A stretch of 64,000 nucleotides of DNA from Actinomycetes bacterium (GTDB taxonomy: Bacteria > Actinomycetota > Thermoleophilia > Solirubrobacterales > Solirubrobacteraceae): assembly GCA_037131165.1 (NCBI GenBank), contig JBAXRO010000002.1:6144-70143 (forward strand). The letters run 5' to 3'. Made by a program: the position numbers and the translations under genes. A model generated the notes under the pieces. It did no database searches, was not told the origin of the DNA, and saw only the letters and a list, made by a program, of their open reading frames with translations. The first letter of the stretch is position 1; every line of letters begins with the position of its first letter. Positions 34,624 through 42,285 of the stretch are shown here, piece by piece.

Positions 34624-35652
34624 TCAACCAAAGAAGATCTCAGCGTCCTCGAACAGAGTCGGGTCGAGAAGGCGCGGCTCCTCGAGCGCTCTTGAGAGCG
34701 GCTGGAGGGTGATCTCGGTTCCCGTCAGGGCGGCCATCACGCCGAACTGCCCGCCGAGCACTGCGCGGGCCGCCGCGAGACCGAGGCGGGTCGCGAGGAT
34801 CCTGTCGGTCGCTGTCGGCGTTCCGCCTCTCTGCAGGTGACCGAGGATCACGGCGCGGCAGTCGTAGCCCGTCCGCTCGGCTATCTGCTGCTCGAGCCAG
34901 ATCCCGACCCCACCGAGACGGGCGTGGCCGAAGGCATCGGTCTGCGCCCCTGCGGTGACAAGGTCCCCGCCGATCGGTGTCGCCCCCTCCGAGGTGACGA
35001 CGATCGAGAAGGAACGCCCGGTCTCGTGCCGGGTGCGCAGGTGCGAGCAGACCCGCTCGATCTCGAACGGGCGCTCCGGTACGAGGATCAGGTCCGCCCC
35101 GCCTGCCAACCCGGCCGAGCAGGCGATCCAGCCCGCGTGGCGACCCATCACCTCGACGATGATGATCCTGTCGTGCGACTCGGCAGTGGTGTGGAGGCGG
35201 TCGATCGCGTCGGTCGCGATCTGGACCGCGGTATCGAACCCGAAGGTGCGGTCGGTGCCGGGGAGGTCGTTGTCGATCGTCTTCGGCACGCCGACCACCG
35301 GCACTCCGTCGGCGGCGAGCTTGGCGGCTACCCCCAAGGTGTCCTCGCCTCCGATCGCGATCAGGGCGTCAACCCCGTCGGCGGCGAGCCTCGAGCGGAC
35401 CCGTTCCGTTCCGTCGGCTCCATCGGCGTAGGGATTCGTGCGTGACGAGAGGAGGATCGTGCCTCCCCTGGGGAGCAGGCCGGCGATGTCGGAGCGACCG
35501 AGCGGAACGGCTTCGCCCTCGAGCACTCCGGCCCAGCCTCGGCGGTAGCCGACCACCTCATGGCCGTCGGCGAGCACATCGCGGGCCGCGGCCCTGATCA
35601 CGGCGTTGAGCCCGGGGCAGTCCCCACCGCCGGTGAGCAGAGCGATCTTCAT
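34624..35652 (-). CDS. pfkA: 6-phosphofructokinase (ATP- or PPi-dependent; not distinguishable here)
   Basis: MKIALLTGGGDCPGLNAVIRA, IAIGGEDTLGVA, PKTIDNDL, VMGRHAGW and GHLQRGG. Confidence 0.85.
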   Translation of the reverse strand: MKIALLTGGGDCPGLNAVIRAAARDVLADGHEVVGYRRGWAGVLEGEAVPLGRSDIAGLLPRGGTILLSSRTNPYADGADGTERVRSRLAADGVDALIAIGGEDTLGVAAKLAADGVPVVGVPKTIDNDLPGTDRTFGFDTAVQIATDAIDRLHTTAESHDRIIIVEVMGRHAGWIACSAGLAGGADLILVPERPFEIERVCSHLRTRHETGRSFSIVVTSEGATPIGGDLVTAGAQTDAFGHARLGGVGIWLEQQIAERTGYDCRAVILGHLQRGGTPTATDRILATRLGLAAARAVLGGQFGVMAALTGTEITLQPLSRALEEPRLLDPTLFEDAEIFFG

Positions 35653-35721
35653 TGCTCCAGAGTGTCGGTTCCGGCGGTGGAGCGCAATACCGGCCGGTAC
35701 GGGGATCGAGCTGGGTGGTGC

Positions 35722-36003
35722 TCAGCCGACCGTCACGCCCTTCCAGAAGGCGACCCGACCGGCAATCTCGGCGGCAGCGTCCTTGGGCTGGGCGTAGTAC
35801 CAGGCGGCGTTCTCGTTGAGTTCGCCATCGACGCCGAGCGAGAAGTACTCGGCGGTCCCCTTCCAAGGGCAAACGCTCGTGTGCGAGCTCTCGACGAGGT
35901 ACTCGTCGTTGACCGAGCCGCGCGGGAAGTAGTGGTTTCCCTCGACGACCACGGTTTCGTCGCTCTCCGCGATCACTGCGCCGTTCCAGGTTGCCTTCAT
36001 CAT
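35722..36003 (-). CDS. DUF427 domain protein
   Basis: MMKATWNGAVIAESDETVVVEGNHYFP..CPWKGTAEYFSL..AAWYY. AAGGAGA lies upstream of ATG 36003/36000. Confidence 0.7.
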   Translation of the reverse strand: MMKATWNGAVIAESDETVVVEGNHYFPRGSVNDEYLVESSHTSVCPWKGTAEYFSLGVDGELNENAAWYYAQPKDAAAEIAGRVAFWKGVTVG

Positions 36004-36031
36004 CGCTCTCCTTCGGTATCGCCTTGATCGG

Positions 36032-36418
36032 GTGAGGTCGGCCGCGACGGCCACCGACGTTCTTCCGAGGTCAACGAGGTTACGGCTGCCGCAGCGCCTG
36101 CGATCTTGCGAGGCCGTGCGAGAGCGACTTGGAGCGGCATGGCTTCACTACCGGCGCCTGACTCGATCGGGTTGGCCGAGAGACTTTCCGATCGCGCAGC
36201 TCCCCAACCCGCCTCTGCTCGTCGCGATCGTCGGCTGGCTGGTCGGCGCGCTTGCCGGCGGTGAGGTTCACCGAGCCGGGCGGGCCGTCTTCTACATCGG
36301 CCTGTCCGTCTGGGCATGGGAGGAACTGACTTCGGGAGTCAACTGGTTTCGACGGCTCATCGGTGCCGGACTGCTCGTATGGCTGGCCGCGCAGATCGCA
36401 TCGTCACTGCCTGCGTGA
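36032..36418 (+). CDS. small hypothetical membrane protein
   Basis: The C-terminal 90 aa contain three hydrophobic segments: PPLLVAIVGWLVGALAGG, AVFYIGLSVWAW and LIGAGLLVWLAAQIA. The start is unclear (GTG 36032 or GTG 36116). Confidence 0.4.
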   Translation: MRSAATATDVLPRSTRLRLPQRLRSCEAVRERLGAAWLHYRRLTRSGWPRDFPIAQLPNPPLLVAIVGWLVGALAGGEVHRAGRAVFYIGLSVWAWEELTSGVNWFRRLIGAGLLVWLAAQIASSLPA

Positions 36419-36476
36419 ACCGGCCTCACGGACTACGATTCACGAGTCGGTGCCTTCTCGCCGAGGCACCGGCAAT

Positions 36477-36549
36477 GCCGACGTAGCTCAGCTGGTAGAG
36501 CACTTCACTCGTAATGAAGGGGTCAGCGGTTCGAATCCGCTCGTCGGCT
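36477..36549 (+). tRNA. tRNA-Thr (anticodon CGT)
   Basis: Manual cloverleaf. Acceptor GCCGACG/CGTCGGC. D arm GCTC-agctggta-GAGC. Anticodon arm CTTCA-ctCGTaa-TGAAG. Variable gggtc. T arm AGCGG-ttcgaat-CCGCT. Discriminator T. No encoded CCA. Confidence 0.9.
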
Positions 36550-36553
36550 CTCA
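36503..36553 (+). repeat. direct repeat copy 1 (3' half of tRNA-Thr plus 4 nt)
   Basis: The 51-nt segment from the anticodon stem to 4 nt past the tRNA end recurs at 38089-38139 with 2 mismatches. Confidence 0.9.
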
Positions 36554-36591
36554 TGCAGAAGTCAACCGGGAACCGGAGACCGGGCCCAGCC

Positions 36592-38085
36592 ATGAGGTTC
36601 CCCCGCATGACCGCCGACATGGCGTGCTTGATCTCATTGGTTCTCCTGACCGCGATCGGGGCCGCCCTGCGCCTCTGGCAGATCCGAAGCGGACTCTTCG
36701 GGGACGAGCTCTACGCATTCAGCGAAACCGCGGGTGCGAGCTTCGGCGAAGTGCTGGAGAACGTCAGCCAGAAGAGCATCGAGGTGACGCCTCCGCTGTT
36801 CTTCGTCCTGGCAAGTGCGGCGGAACGGCTGGGCGATGCCGCCACGACCGTGCGAATCCCCTCCGAAGTTGCAGGGATCCTGCTGATACCCGCCATGTTC
36901 GTGCTCGGGAAGGCCGGGGTCGATCGAAGGGTGGGCCTCGTCGCGTCAGCACTCACGACATTCAGCGTCTACGGCATCTACTACTCGGTCGAAGCCAGGC
37001 CTTACTCGCTCTTGATGCTCTTCTCCGCGGTGTCGACGATCTGCCTGTTCAAGCTGATCGACCAAGGGAGGCGAAGATGGCTTGTCGGCTACTCCCTGGC
37101 CTCGGCCGCAGTCCTCTACACCCACTACTCCGGTGTTGGAGTGCTGGCTGCCCAGTTCGGGTGGGCGGTCTGGTTTCACCGGGACCATTGGCGGGGACTC
37201 GTCGCGGGGAACCTCGTCGCGGGGCTTCTCTTCCTCGTTTGGGTCCCTTCGATCAGCCTCAAGGAAGGGGCCAAGGCGACAGTCGACCCGTTCAGCCCCG
37301 GAGTCGAGTCGCTCGTCAGCTGGGCCCGGCAGCTGGTGACCCTCCCCTACGGCGACGCTGGCTTCACCGATCTGCCCGGGATCCCATCCCTCGTAATCCT
37401 GGGACTCTGCCTGACCGTCGGTGCCGTCGGAACGGCGGTTCGCCAGGGGGACCGTGCCTACCGGTTGCGTCCGGGTTCCACCCAGGCGCTCTTTCCGGTC
37501 CTGATGCTCGCGTCGCCCGCCTTCATGTTGCTGGCTTCGTTGGCGACCGGACTCGGGTTCCTCCAACCCCGCTACTTCAGCGCTTCATTCCCGGCGTTGA
37601 TCGTCACGGTCTCGGCGCTTCTTGCGATGTCCGATCGACGACTCGGGATCGTCATCTCGGGCGTCGCAGTAGCGGTTTCCGCGTTCAGTGCAGTCAAGGC
37701 CCAGCAGCCCAGGTACCAACGCCCTGACATGCGTGCGGTCGCCCGTTGGGTCGACGCACCCGGCCCGCGAAACGCAGTCATTGCCGACTGGATCCTGCCG
37801 TACAACGGCCAGAACACCCTACGTCCCTACCTCGAAGTCCCCGCGCGCGACAGGTCGGCCTTTCCGCTCGGGAACGGGATCTCTCAAGTCGAAAACGCAT
37901 CCCTGATCGGAGCCGACGTCGTGCTCGTCACGAACGCTGGTTTCCTGAGGGAGACTGAACGGTCGATCACGTCGAACCCCCGGTATCGCCTGAAGTTCGT
38001 GAGGACGGCCCGCTGGCCCGGGCTGGTCGGCGGAATTCGCGCGTCATGGTTCGTCTTTACCGGTTCGAAGCCCGCAAAGCAATAA
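36592..38085 (+). CDS. GT-C fold glycosyltransferase (PMT_2/ArnT-like, polyprenyl-phosphate-sugar dependent)
   Basis: Polytopic membrane protein with an early-loop GDELYAF (DE motif), then YYSVEARPYSLLML and YTHYSGVGVLAAQFGWAV. It is a paralog of the 43714-45222 product. The start is uncertain (ATG 36592, 36607 or 36619). The part of track ORF 36514 upstream of ATG 36592 runs through the tRNA 3' half and is not coding. Confidence 0.65.
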   Translation: MRFPRMTADMACLISLVLLTAIGAALRLWQIRSGLFGDELYAFSETAGASFGEVLENVSQKSIEVTPPLFFVLASAAERLGDAATTVRIPSEVAGILLIPAMFVLGKAGVDRRVGLVASALTTFSVYGIYYSVEARPYSLLMLFSAVSTICLFKLIDQGRRRWLVGYSLASAAVLYTHYSGVGVLAAQFGWAVWFHRDHWRGLVAGNLVAGLLFLVWVPSISLKEGAKATVDPFSPGVESLVSWARQLVTLPYGDAGFTDLPGIPSLVILGLCLTVGAVGTAVRQGDRAYRLRPGSTQALFPVLMLASPAFMLLASLATGLGFLQPRYFSASFPALIVTVSALLAMSDRRLGIVISGVAVAVSAFSAVKAQQPRYQRPDMRAVARWVDAPGPRNAVIADWILPYNGQNTLRPYLEVPARDRSAFPLGNGISQVENASLIGADVVLVTNAGFLRETERSITSNPRYRLKFVRTARWPGLVGGIRASWFVFTGSKPAKQ

Positions 38086-38088
38086 CCC

Positions 38089-38139
38089 CTTCACTCCTAA
38101 TGAAGGGGTCAGCGGTTCGCATCCGCTCGTCGGCTCTCA
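38089..38139 (+). repeat. direct repeat copy 2: orphan 3' half of tRNA-Thr (att-like)
   Basis: cttcactcCtaatgaaggggtcagcggttcgCatccgctcgtcggctctca has 49/51 identity to copy 1. Differences are G to C in the anticodon and A to C in the T-loop. No 5' tRNA half lies upstream. It begins 3 nt after the GT-C stop. Confidence 0.9.
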
Positions 38140-38185
38140 CCTTATTGCGCAACGTGAGACTGACACCGGACATCGATTGCTCTGG

Positions 38186-38191
38186 TACTTT
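38186..38191 (+). promoter_or_regulatory. -10-like box TACTTT, 7 nt upstream of GTG 38199
   Basis: tacttt, then cgtgctt, then GTG. Confidence 0.35.
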
Positions 38192-38198
38192 CGTGCTT

Positions 38199-40493
38199 GT
38201 GCTTCGAAGCGGAAGGACCCGAGTGGCGATGGCGGTCTTGGCCGCCGTTCTCGCCGCCCCGGCATCGAGTGCCTCCGCTGTGGACGTCGCGACACAGTTG
38301 GACGCGGGCGTCGGAGCGTCGAGCTCATTCGTCGGCGGTGGGCACACCTGCGTCGTCACCACGACAGGCGGGATCAGATGCTGGGGCGACAACTCAACCG
38401 GCCAGCTGGGGGACGGCACCTTCGACCAGCGAACGAGTCCGGTCACGGTCTCCGGGGTGTCGAACGCCGTGCAGGTCGCGAGCGGCGGCGACCACAGCTG
38501 CGCCCGCGTTACCAACGGGGACGTCTACTGCTGGGGCGACAATACCTTCGGTCAAGTCGGCTCGGACCCGGAATCGGTGGCCAACTCCGCCACCGCCGTC
38601 AAGGTGGTCGGGGTGAGCGGGGCGACCGCGATCACAGCCGGCTCGCAACACACGTGCGCGCTGCTTCCAAACAAGACCGTCTCATGCTGGGGCAATGGCC
38701 TGTGGGGTGTGCTGGGAGTCGATGACGCGAACGGCAACTCGAGCTTCACCCCGCTCGCTGTGACCGGCCTCACCAACGTGACCCAGATCGCGGCCGGGGC
38801 AAGCCACACCTGCGCGTTGAGCGAATCAGGGGGCGTCAGCTGCTGGGGAAGCAACGACTCCGGCCAGCTCGGTATCGGGACGCTCGAATGGATGCCGCTG
38901 CCGACCTCGATCGCCGGACTCACCGGGGTTGCGCAGCTCGCAGCCGGTGCGACCAACACCTGTGCGGCGATGACCGACAGATCGGTCAAGTGCTGGGGCG
39001 ACAACACCTTCGGCCAGATCGGCGACGCCACCGACACGAACCGCCTCACTCCCACAGCCGTGAGCGGACTGGCCGACGCTACCTCCGTGACTGTCGGCGA
39101 CAGCTTCGCCTGCGCCCGGCTGGGCGGTGGTTCGGTCAAATGCTGGGGGGTGACCGACCCTGGCAGCCAGTGGTGCGAGGTCCTCTCCGGCACGTTGAAG
39201 AACTGCTTCAGCATCGTCGAGTACGGCGACCGAAGCCTCGACCCGACGATCGACCTCGCCGTCAACCCGGCGGCCGTCTCCTACACGCCGAAGGCAATCA
39301 CCGGGATCGCGGATGCCGCCCAACTGTCGGCCGGCGACAGGCACCTGTGCATTCTGCGAGTCAACAGCAGCGTCGCCTGCCTGGGACTCAACGCCTACGG
39401 CCAGCTGGGCGACAAGACAACCACGGCCACGTCCGCTCCGGTCGCCGTCGCGGGCCTCGGAGCCACGTTGCCTCCCCCGACCGTCACGGGCGGTGTTCCG
39501 GCGGCGTTCACGAAGCTCACGTCGGCGACGATCTCCTTCACCGGTGAGGCGAAGTCGACATTCACCTGCTCGCTCGACGGGGGCAAGCCCGCGACCTGCA
39601 CCAGCCCGCGCAGACTCACCCTCCTCAAGGACGGCACGCACAGCCTCTCGATCGTCCAGAAGAACCAATCCGGCGTCTCGAGCACGCCGACGGTGGTCAC
39701 CTGGACAGTCGACACCAAGGCACCGGCAGCGCCGACCCTCAGCGGAGCCCCAACACCGTTCACCAACCTCAAGAACGCGTCGATCGCGATCACCGGAGAG
39801 ACCGACGCCATCCTCTCCTGCTCGATCAACGGCGGCCCGTTCAACCCCTGCGCCAACCCCACCACACTCAACTCACTCCCCGACGGCACTCACTCCCTCA
39901 CCGCCCGACAAACCGACCGAGCCGGCAACACCAGCCCCAACGCGACTGCCAACTGGACAGTCGACACCAAGGCACCGGCAGCGCCGACCCTCAGCGGAGC
40001 CCCAACACCGTTCACCAACCTCAAGAACGCGTCGATCGCGATCACCGGAGAGACCGACGCCATCCTCTCCTGCTCGATCAACGGCGGCCCGTTCAACCCC
40101 TGCGCCAACCCCACCACACTCAACTCACTCCCCGACGGCACTCACTCCCTCACCGCCCGACAAACCGACCGAGCCGGCAACACCAGCCCCAACGCGACCG
40201 CCAAGTGGGTGGTCGACACGATCGCGCCCAGCCTGACCCGGAAGGTCGCTGGCTACATCACCCGCAGGGGGACGACCACTTCGATCGCCCTGCAGCCGGC
40301 CAAGGACCCGTCGGGGATCGCGTTCGTCGAGTATTCGACAGCGACCGCTTCGCCAGCGCCAACAGCCGAGCCGATCACCGCGAACGTCGTCAAGTATGAA
40401 TCGCCCACGGTGATCAGAAAGTCCGTCGCCGTCAAGTGGCTGCGGATCCGGGACGGCGCCGGAAACACCTCCCCCTGGTACCGAGCGACCTGA
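38199..40493 (+). CDS. secreted RCC1-repeat (seven-bladed propeller) protein with three Ig-like repeats
   Basis: Signal (M)LRSGRTRVAMAVLAAVLAAPASSASA. Seven CWG-type blades: IRCWGDNSTGQLGDG, VYCWGDNTFGQVG, VSCWGNGLWGVLG, VSCWGSNDSGQLG, VKCWGDNTFGQIGD, VKCWGVTD and VACLGLNAYGQLGD. These are followed by three 84-aa repeats of the form F.C..DGG....C....L..L.DGTHSL. GTG 38193 is an alternative start. Confidence 0.8.
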   Translation: MLRSGRTRVAMAVLAAVLAAPASSASAVDVATQLDAGVGASSSFVGGGHTCVVTTTGGIRCWGDNSTGQLGDGTFDQRTSPVTVSGVSNAVQVASGGDHSCARVTNGDVYCWGDNTFGQVGSDPESVANSATAVKVVGVSGATAITAGSQHTCALLPNKTVSCWGNGLWGVLGVDDANGNSSFTPLAVTGLTNVTQIAAGASHTCALSESGGVSCWGSNDSGQLGIGTLEWMPLPTSIAGLTGVAQLAAGATNTCAAMTDRSVKCWGDNTFGQIGDATDTNRLTPTAVSGLADATSVTVGDSFACARLGGGSVKCWGVTDPGSQWCEVLSGTLKNCFSIVEYGDRSLDPTIDLAVNPAAVSYTPKAITGIADAAQLSAGDRHLCILRVNSSVACLGLNAYGQLGDKTTTATSAPVAVAGLGATLPPPTVTGGVPAAFTKLTSATISFTGEAKSTFTCSLDGGKPATCTSPRRLTLLKDGTHSLSIVQKNQSGVSSTPTVVTWTVDTKAPAAPTLSGAPTPFTNLKNASIAITGETDAILSCSINGGPFNPCANPTTLNSLPDGTHSLTARQTDRAGNTSPNATANWTVDTKAPAAPTLSGAPTPFTNLKNASIAITGETDAILSCSINGGPFNPCANPTTLNSLPDGTHSLTARQTDRAGNTSPNATAKWVVDTIAPSLTRKVAGYITRRGTTTSIALQPAKDPSGIAFVEYSTATASPAPTAEPITANVVKYESPTVIRKSVAVKWLRIRDGAGNTSPWYRAT
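39701..40198 (+). repeat. perfect tandem duplication, 2 x 246 bp at 252-bp period, inside the RCC1 gene
   Basis: 39701-39946 is identical base for base to 39953-40198 (compared by eye line by line). A diverged third copy lies upstream at about 39470-39700. Confidence 0.9.
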
Positions 40494-40555
40494 GTCCCTG
40501 GCCGCAGTGGCTTCTCCCTTGTGGCAGGTGCCGTGGGGGCGTAGCATCAGACTCG

Positions 40556-41542
40556 ATGAGAACACCGAGGCAACCGGCGGTCGCCGCCGCCACGCTCGCC
40601 TGCTTGGTCGGCATTGCTCCCTTTGGCCTTGGGACGGCAACGGCCGCGGCCAAGATCCCCGGCTGCAAAGCCAAGAGCCTCCGCTCAGCGAACCTGAGCG
40701 GCTGCGACCTGAGGAAGGTGCGCGGGCTCGTGGGGGCCAACCTCTCAGGCAAGAACCTGACGAGAGCCAACCTCTCAGGCACGAACCTCTACGGGACGAA
40801 CCTCAACAGGACACGGCTGGCCGGGGCCAACCTCGTGGGAGTCCGCTCCGGGAAGGTCCGTGGGAGGCCCGCCAGTCTGCCTCGCCCGTGGCGCCTGAGG
40901 TCAGGGTTCCTCCTCGGTCCCAGGGCATCACTGTTGCGGGCGAACCTGACCGGAGCCGATCTCACCGGTCTCGACCTGACCGGAGCCAGCTTCAAGGAGG
41001 CCGACCTGACCGACGCCGACCTGAGCGATTCGGTTCTCGAGGGAGTGGCGTCGGGCGATGTTGCCGGTGAGCCCACGCTCCCGGACGCATGGGTTGTCAA
41101 CAGCGGTTTCCTGATCGGCCCGCGCGCGAACCTCAAGGCTGCGGGCCTGAGCGGAGCCGACCTGAGCGGAGGAGTGTTCATGGCCGGCGCGAACCTTGCA
41201 GGCGCCGACCTGAGCGGAGCGAACCTGAGCGATGCGAAGCTGACGAACGCCAACCTCACCGGGGCAAACCTCGCCGAGGCGAAGCTGACGCTGGCGGGAA
41301 TGACCCGGGCGAACCTGACGTCCGCCGACCTCAGCGGGGCCAAACTCGGCTTCACGAAGCTGCCCTACGCGAATCTGACGAAGGCCAACCTGACTGGGGC
41401 GTCGCTCAACTACACGACGATCCTCGGTGCCCGGTTCGCCCGAGCCGACCTGTCCGACGTCAAGAGCTCAAAGCTCTCGGGCGCACCGGCGAGCCTGCCG
41501 ACCGGCTGGTCGGTAGTGGACGGCAAGCTCATCCAGGAGTGA
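40556..41542 (+). CDS. secreted pentapeptide-repeat protein
   Basis: ATG 40556. Signal AVAAATLACLVGIAPFGLGTATAAA. Long runs of A(N/D)L(S/T)G pentapeptides such as ANLSGKNLTRANLSGTNLYGTNLNRTRLAGANL. Confidence 0.85.
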   Translation: MRTPRQPAVAAATLACLVGIAPFGLGTATAAAKIPGCKAKSLRSANLSGCDLRKVRGLVGANLSGKNLTRANLSGTNLYGTNLNRTRLAGANLVGVRSGKVRGRPASLPRPWRLRSGFLLGPRASLLRANLTGADLTGLDLTGASFKEADLTDADLSDSVLEGVASGDVAGEPTLPDAWVVNSGFLIGPRANLKAAGLSGADLSGGVFMAGANLAGADLSGANLSDAKLTNANLTGANLAEAKLTLAGMTRANLTSADLSGAKLGFTKLPYANLTKANLTGASLNYTTILGARFARADLSDVKSSKLSGAPASLPTGWSVVDGKLIQE

Positions 41543-41552
41543 CTCGGTTGGC

Positions 41553-42266
41553 TTGGCGGATAACTCCCCGCCCCACCTGCGGCTTGGAGTGACTAAACCC
41601 GATTCACCTCAGGAGACGAACTCTGAGCCTTCGTCACGTCGGCGCAGCTTGCTTGCCGCGCTCCTGTTGATCGTTGCGGTCGGGCTGCTCTGGCTGGTCG
41701 CGGTGACAGCCGGAGACGCGCCCGGGGATCGTCGGATCGACGCTTGGGCGCAGAGGCTGTTCTACGACTGGCGGGTGGATGGCCCGCGCGACGGGGCGGC
41801 CGTCCTCACCTGGCTGGTGGACTCCCTCAAGGCGATCGGGGACCCCCTGCCGGCCGCCCTGCTGACCCTTGGCGCGGTCGCTGCCGTCGCCCTGAGGATG
41901 GGACCGAGGTACGGACTCCTCCTGCTCTCAGCTGCCACCGTCGGACTAGCGACGACCGCGATGAAGATCGTCGCGCCGCGACCCGGAGTCGCCGATGGAA
42001 CACCGAGCTTCCCGAGTGGCCACACGGCCTATGCCACCGCCGTCCTCGGCACTGCCGCCGCGCTGGCCATCGAACGCGGCCATCGCCGCACAGCGGCGGC
42101 AGCGTGCGCGGCGATCTTCCTGATGGGGGCGACTCGGGTGATCGGCGGCGGCCACTGGCTGAGTGACGTGCTCGCCGGCTACGCGCTCGGCGGGGCATGG
42201 CTGCTGCTGATCCTCGCCTTCGGGATGCCGTGGGCAAGGAGAGGTGGCGACGGGGTCAAGGAGTGA
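41553..42266 (+). CDS. PAP2 family (type 2 phosphatidic acid / polyprenyl-diphosphate) phosphatase
   Basis: Three PAP2 motifs: KIVAPRPG, FPSGHTAY and TRVIGGGHWLSDV. TM-rich. TTG 41553 or GTG 41589 start. Confidence 0.75.
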   Translation: MADNSPPHLRLGVTKPDSPQETNSEPSSRRRSLLAALLLIVAVGLLWLVAVTAGDAPGDRRIDAWAQRLFYDWRVDGPRDGAAVLTWLVDSLKAIGDPLPAALLTLGAVAAVALRMGPRYGLLLLSAATVGLATTAMKIVAPRPGVADGTPSFPSGHTAYATAVLGTAAALAIERGHRRTAAAACAAIFLMGATRVIGGGHWLSDVLAGYALGGAWLLLILAFGMPWARRGGDGVKE

Positions 42267-42285
42267 ACTGTCAGGATCGGGCTCG

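Noticed and set aside
36554-38088. Calling the segment between the tRNA repeats a mobile element
   Set aside because: There is no integrase, excisionase, transposase or inverted repeats inside. Only the direct repeats are annotated, and the integration interpretation is kept as a finding.
38046-38198. N-terminal extension of the 815-aa ORF (MVRLYRFEARKAITPSLLMKGSAVRIRSSAL..)
   Set aside because: It reads through the orphan tRNA fragment, and the same peptide KGSAVRIRSSAL appears where ORF 36514 crosses the real tRNA. The signal peptide and -10 box support a start at 38199 or 38193.
40680-41480. Short periodic nucleotide repeats (gcgaacctgac/ggagccgacctgag) that look like a repeat array
   Set aside because: The 15-nt periodicity matches the pentapeptide A(N/D)LxG repeats of a coding gene. 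There are no spacers or leader, so this is not a CRISPR array.
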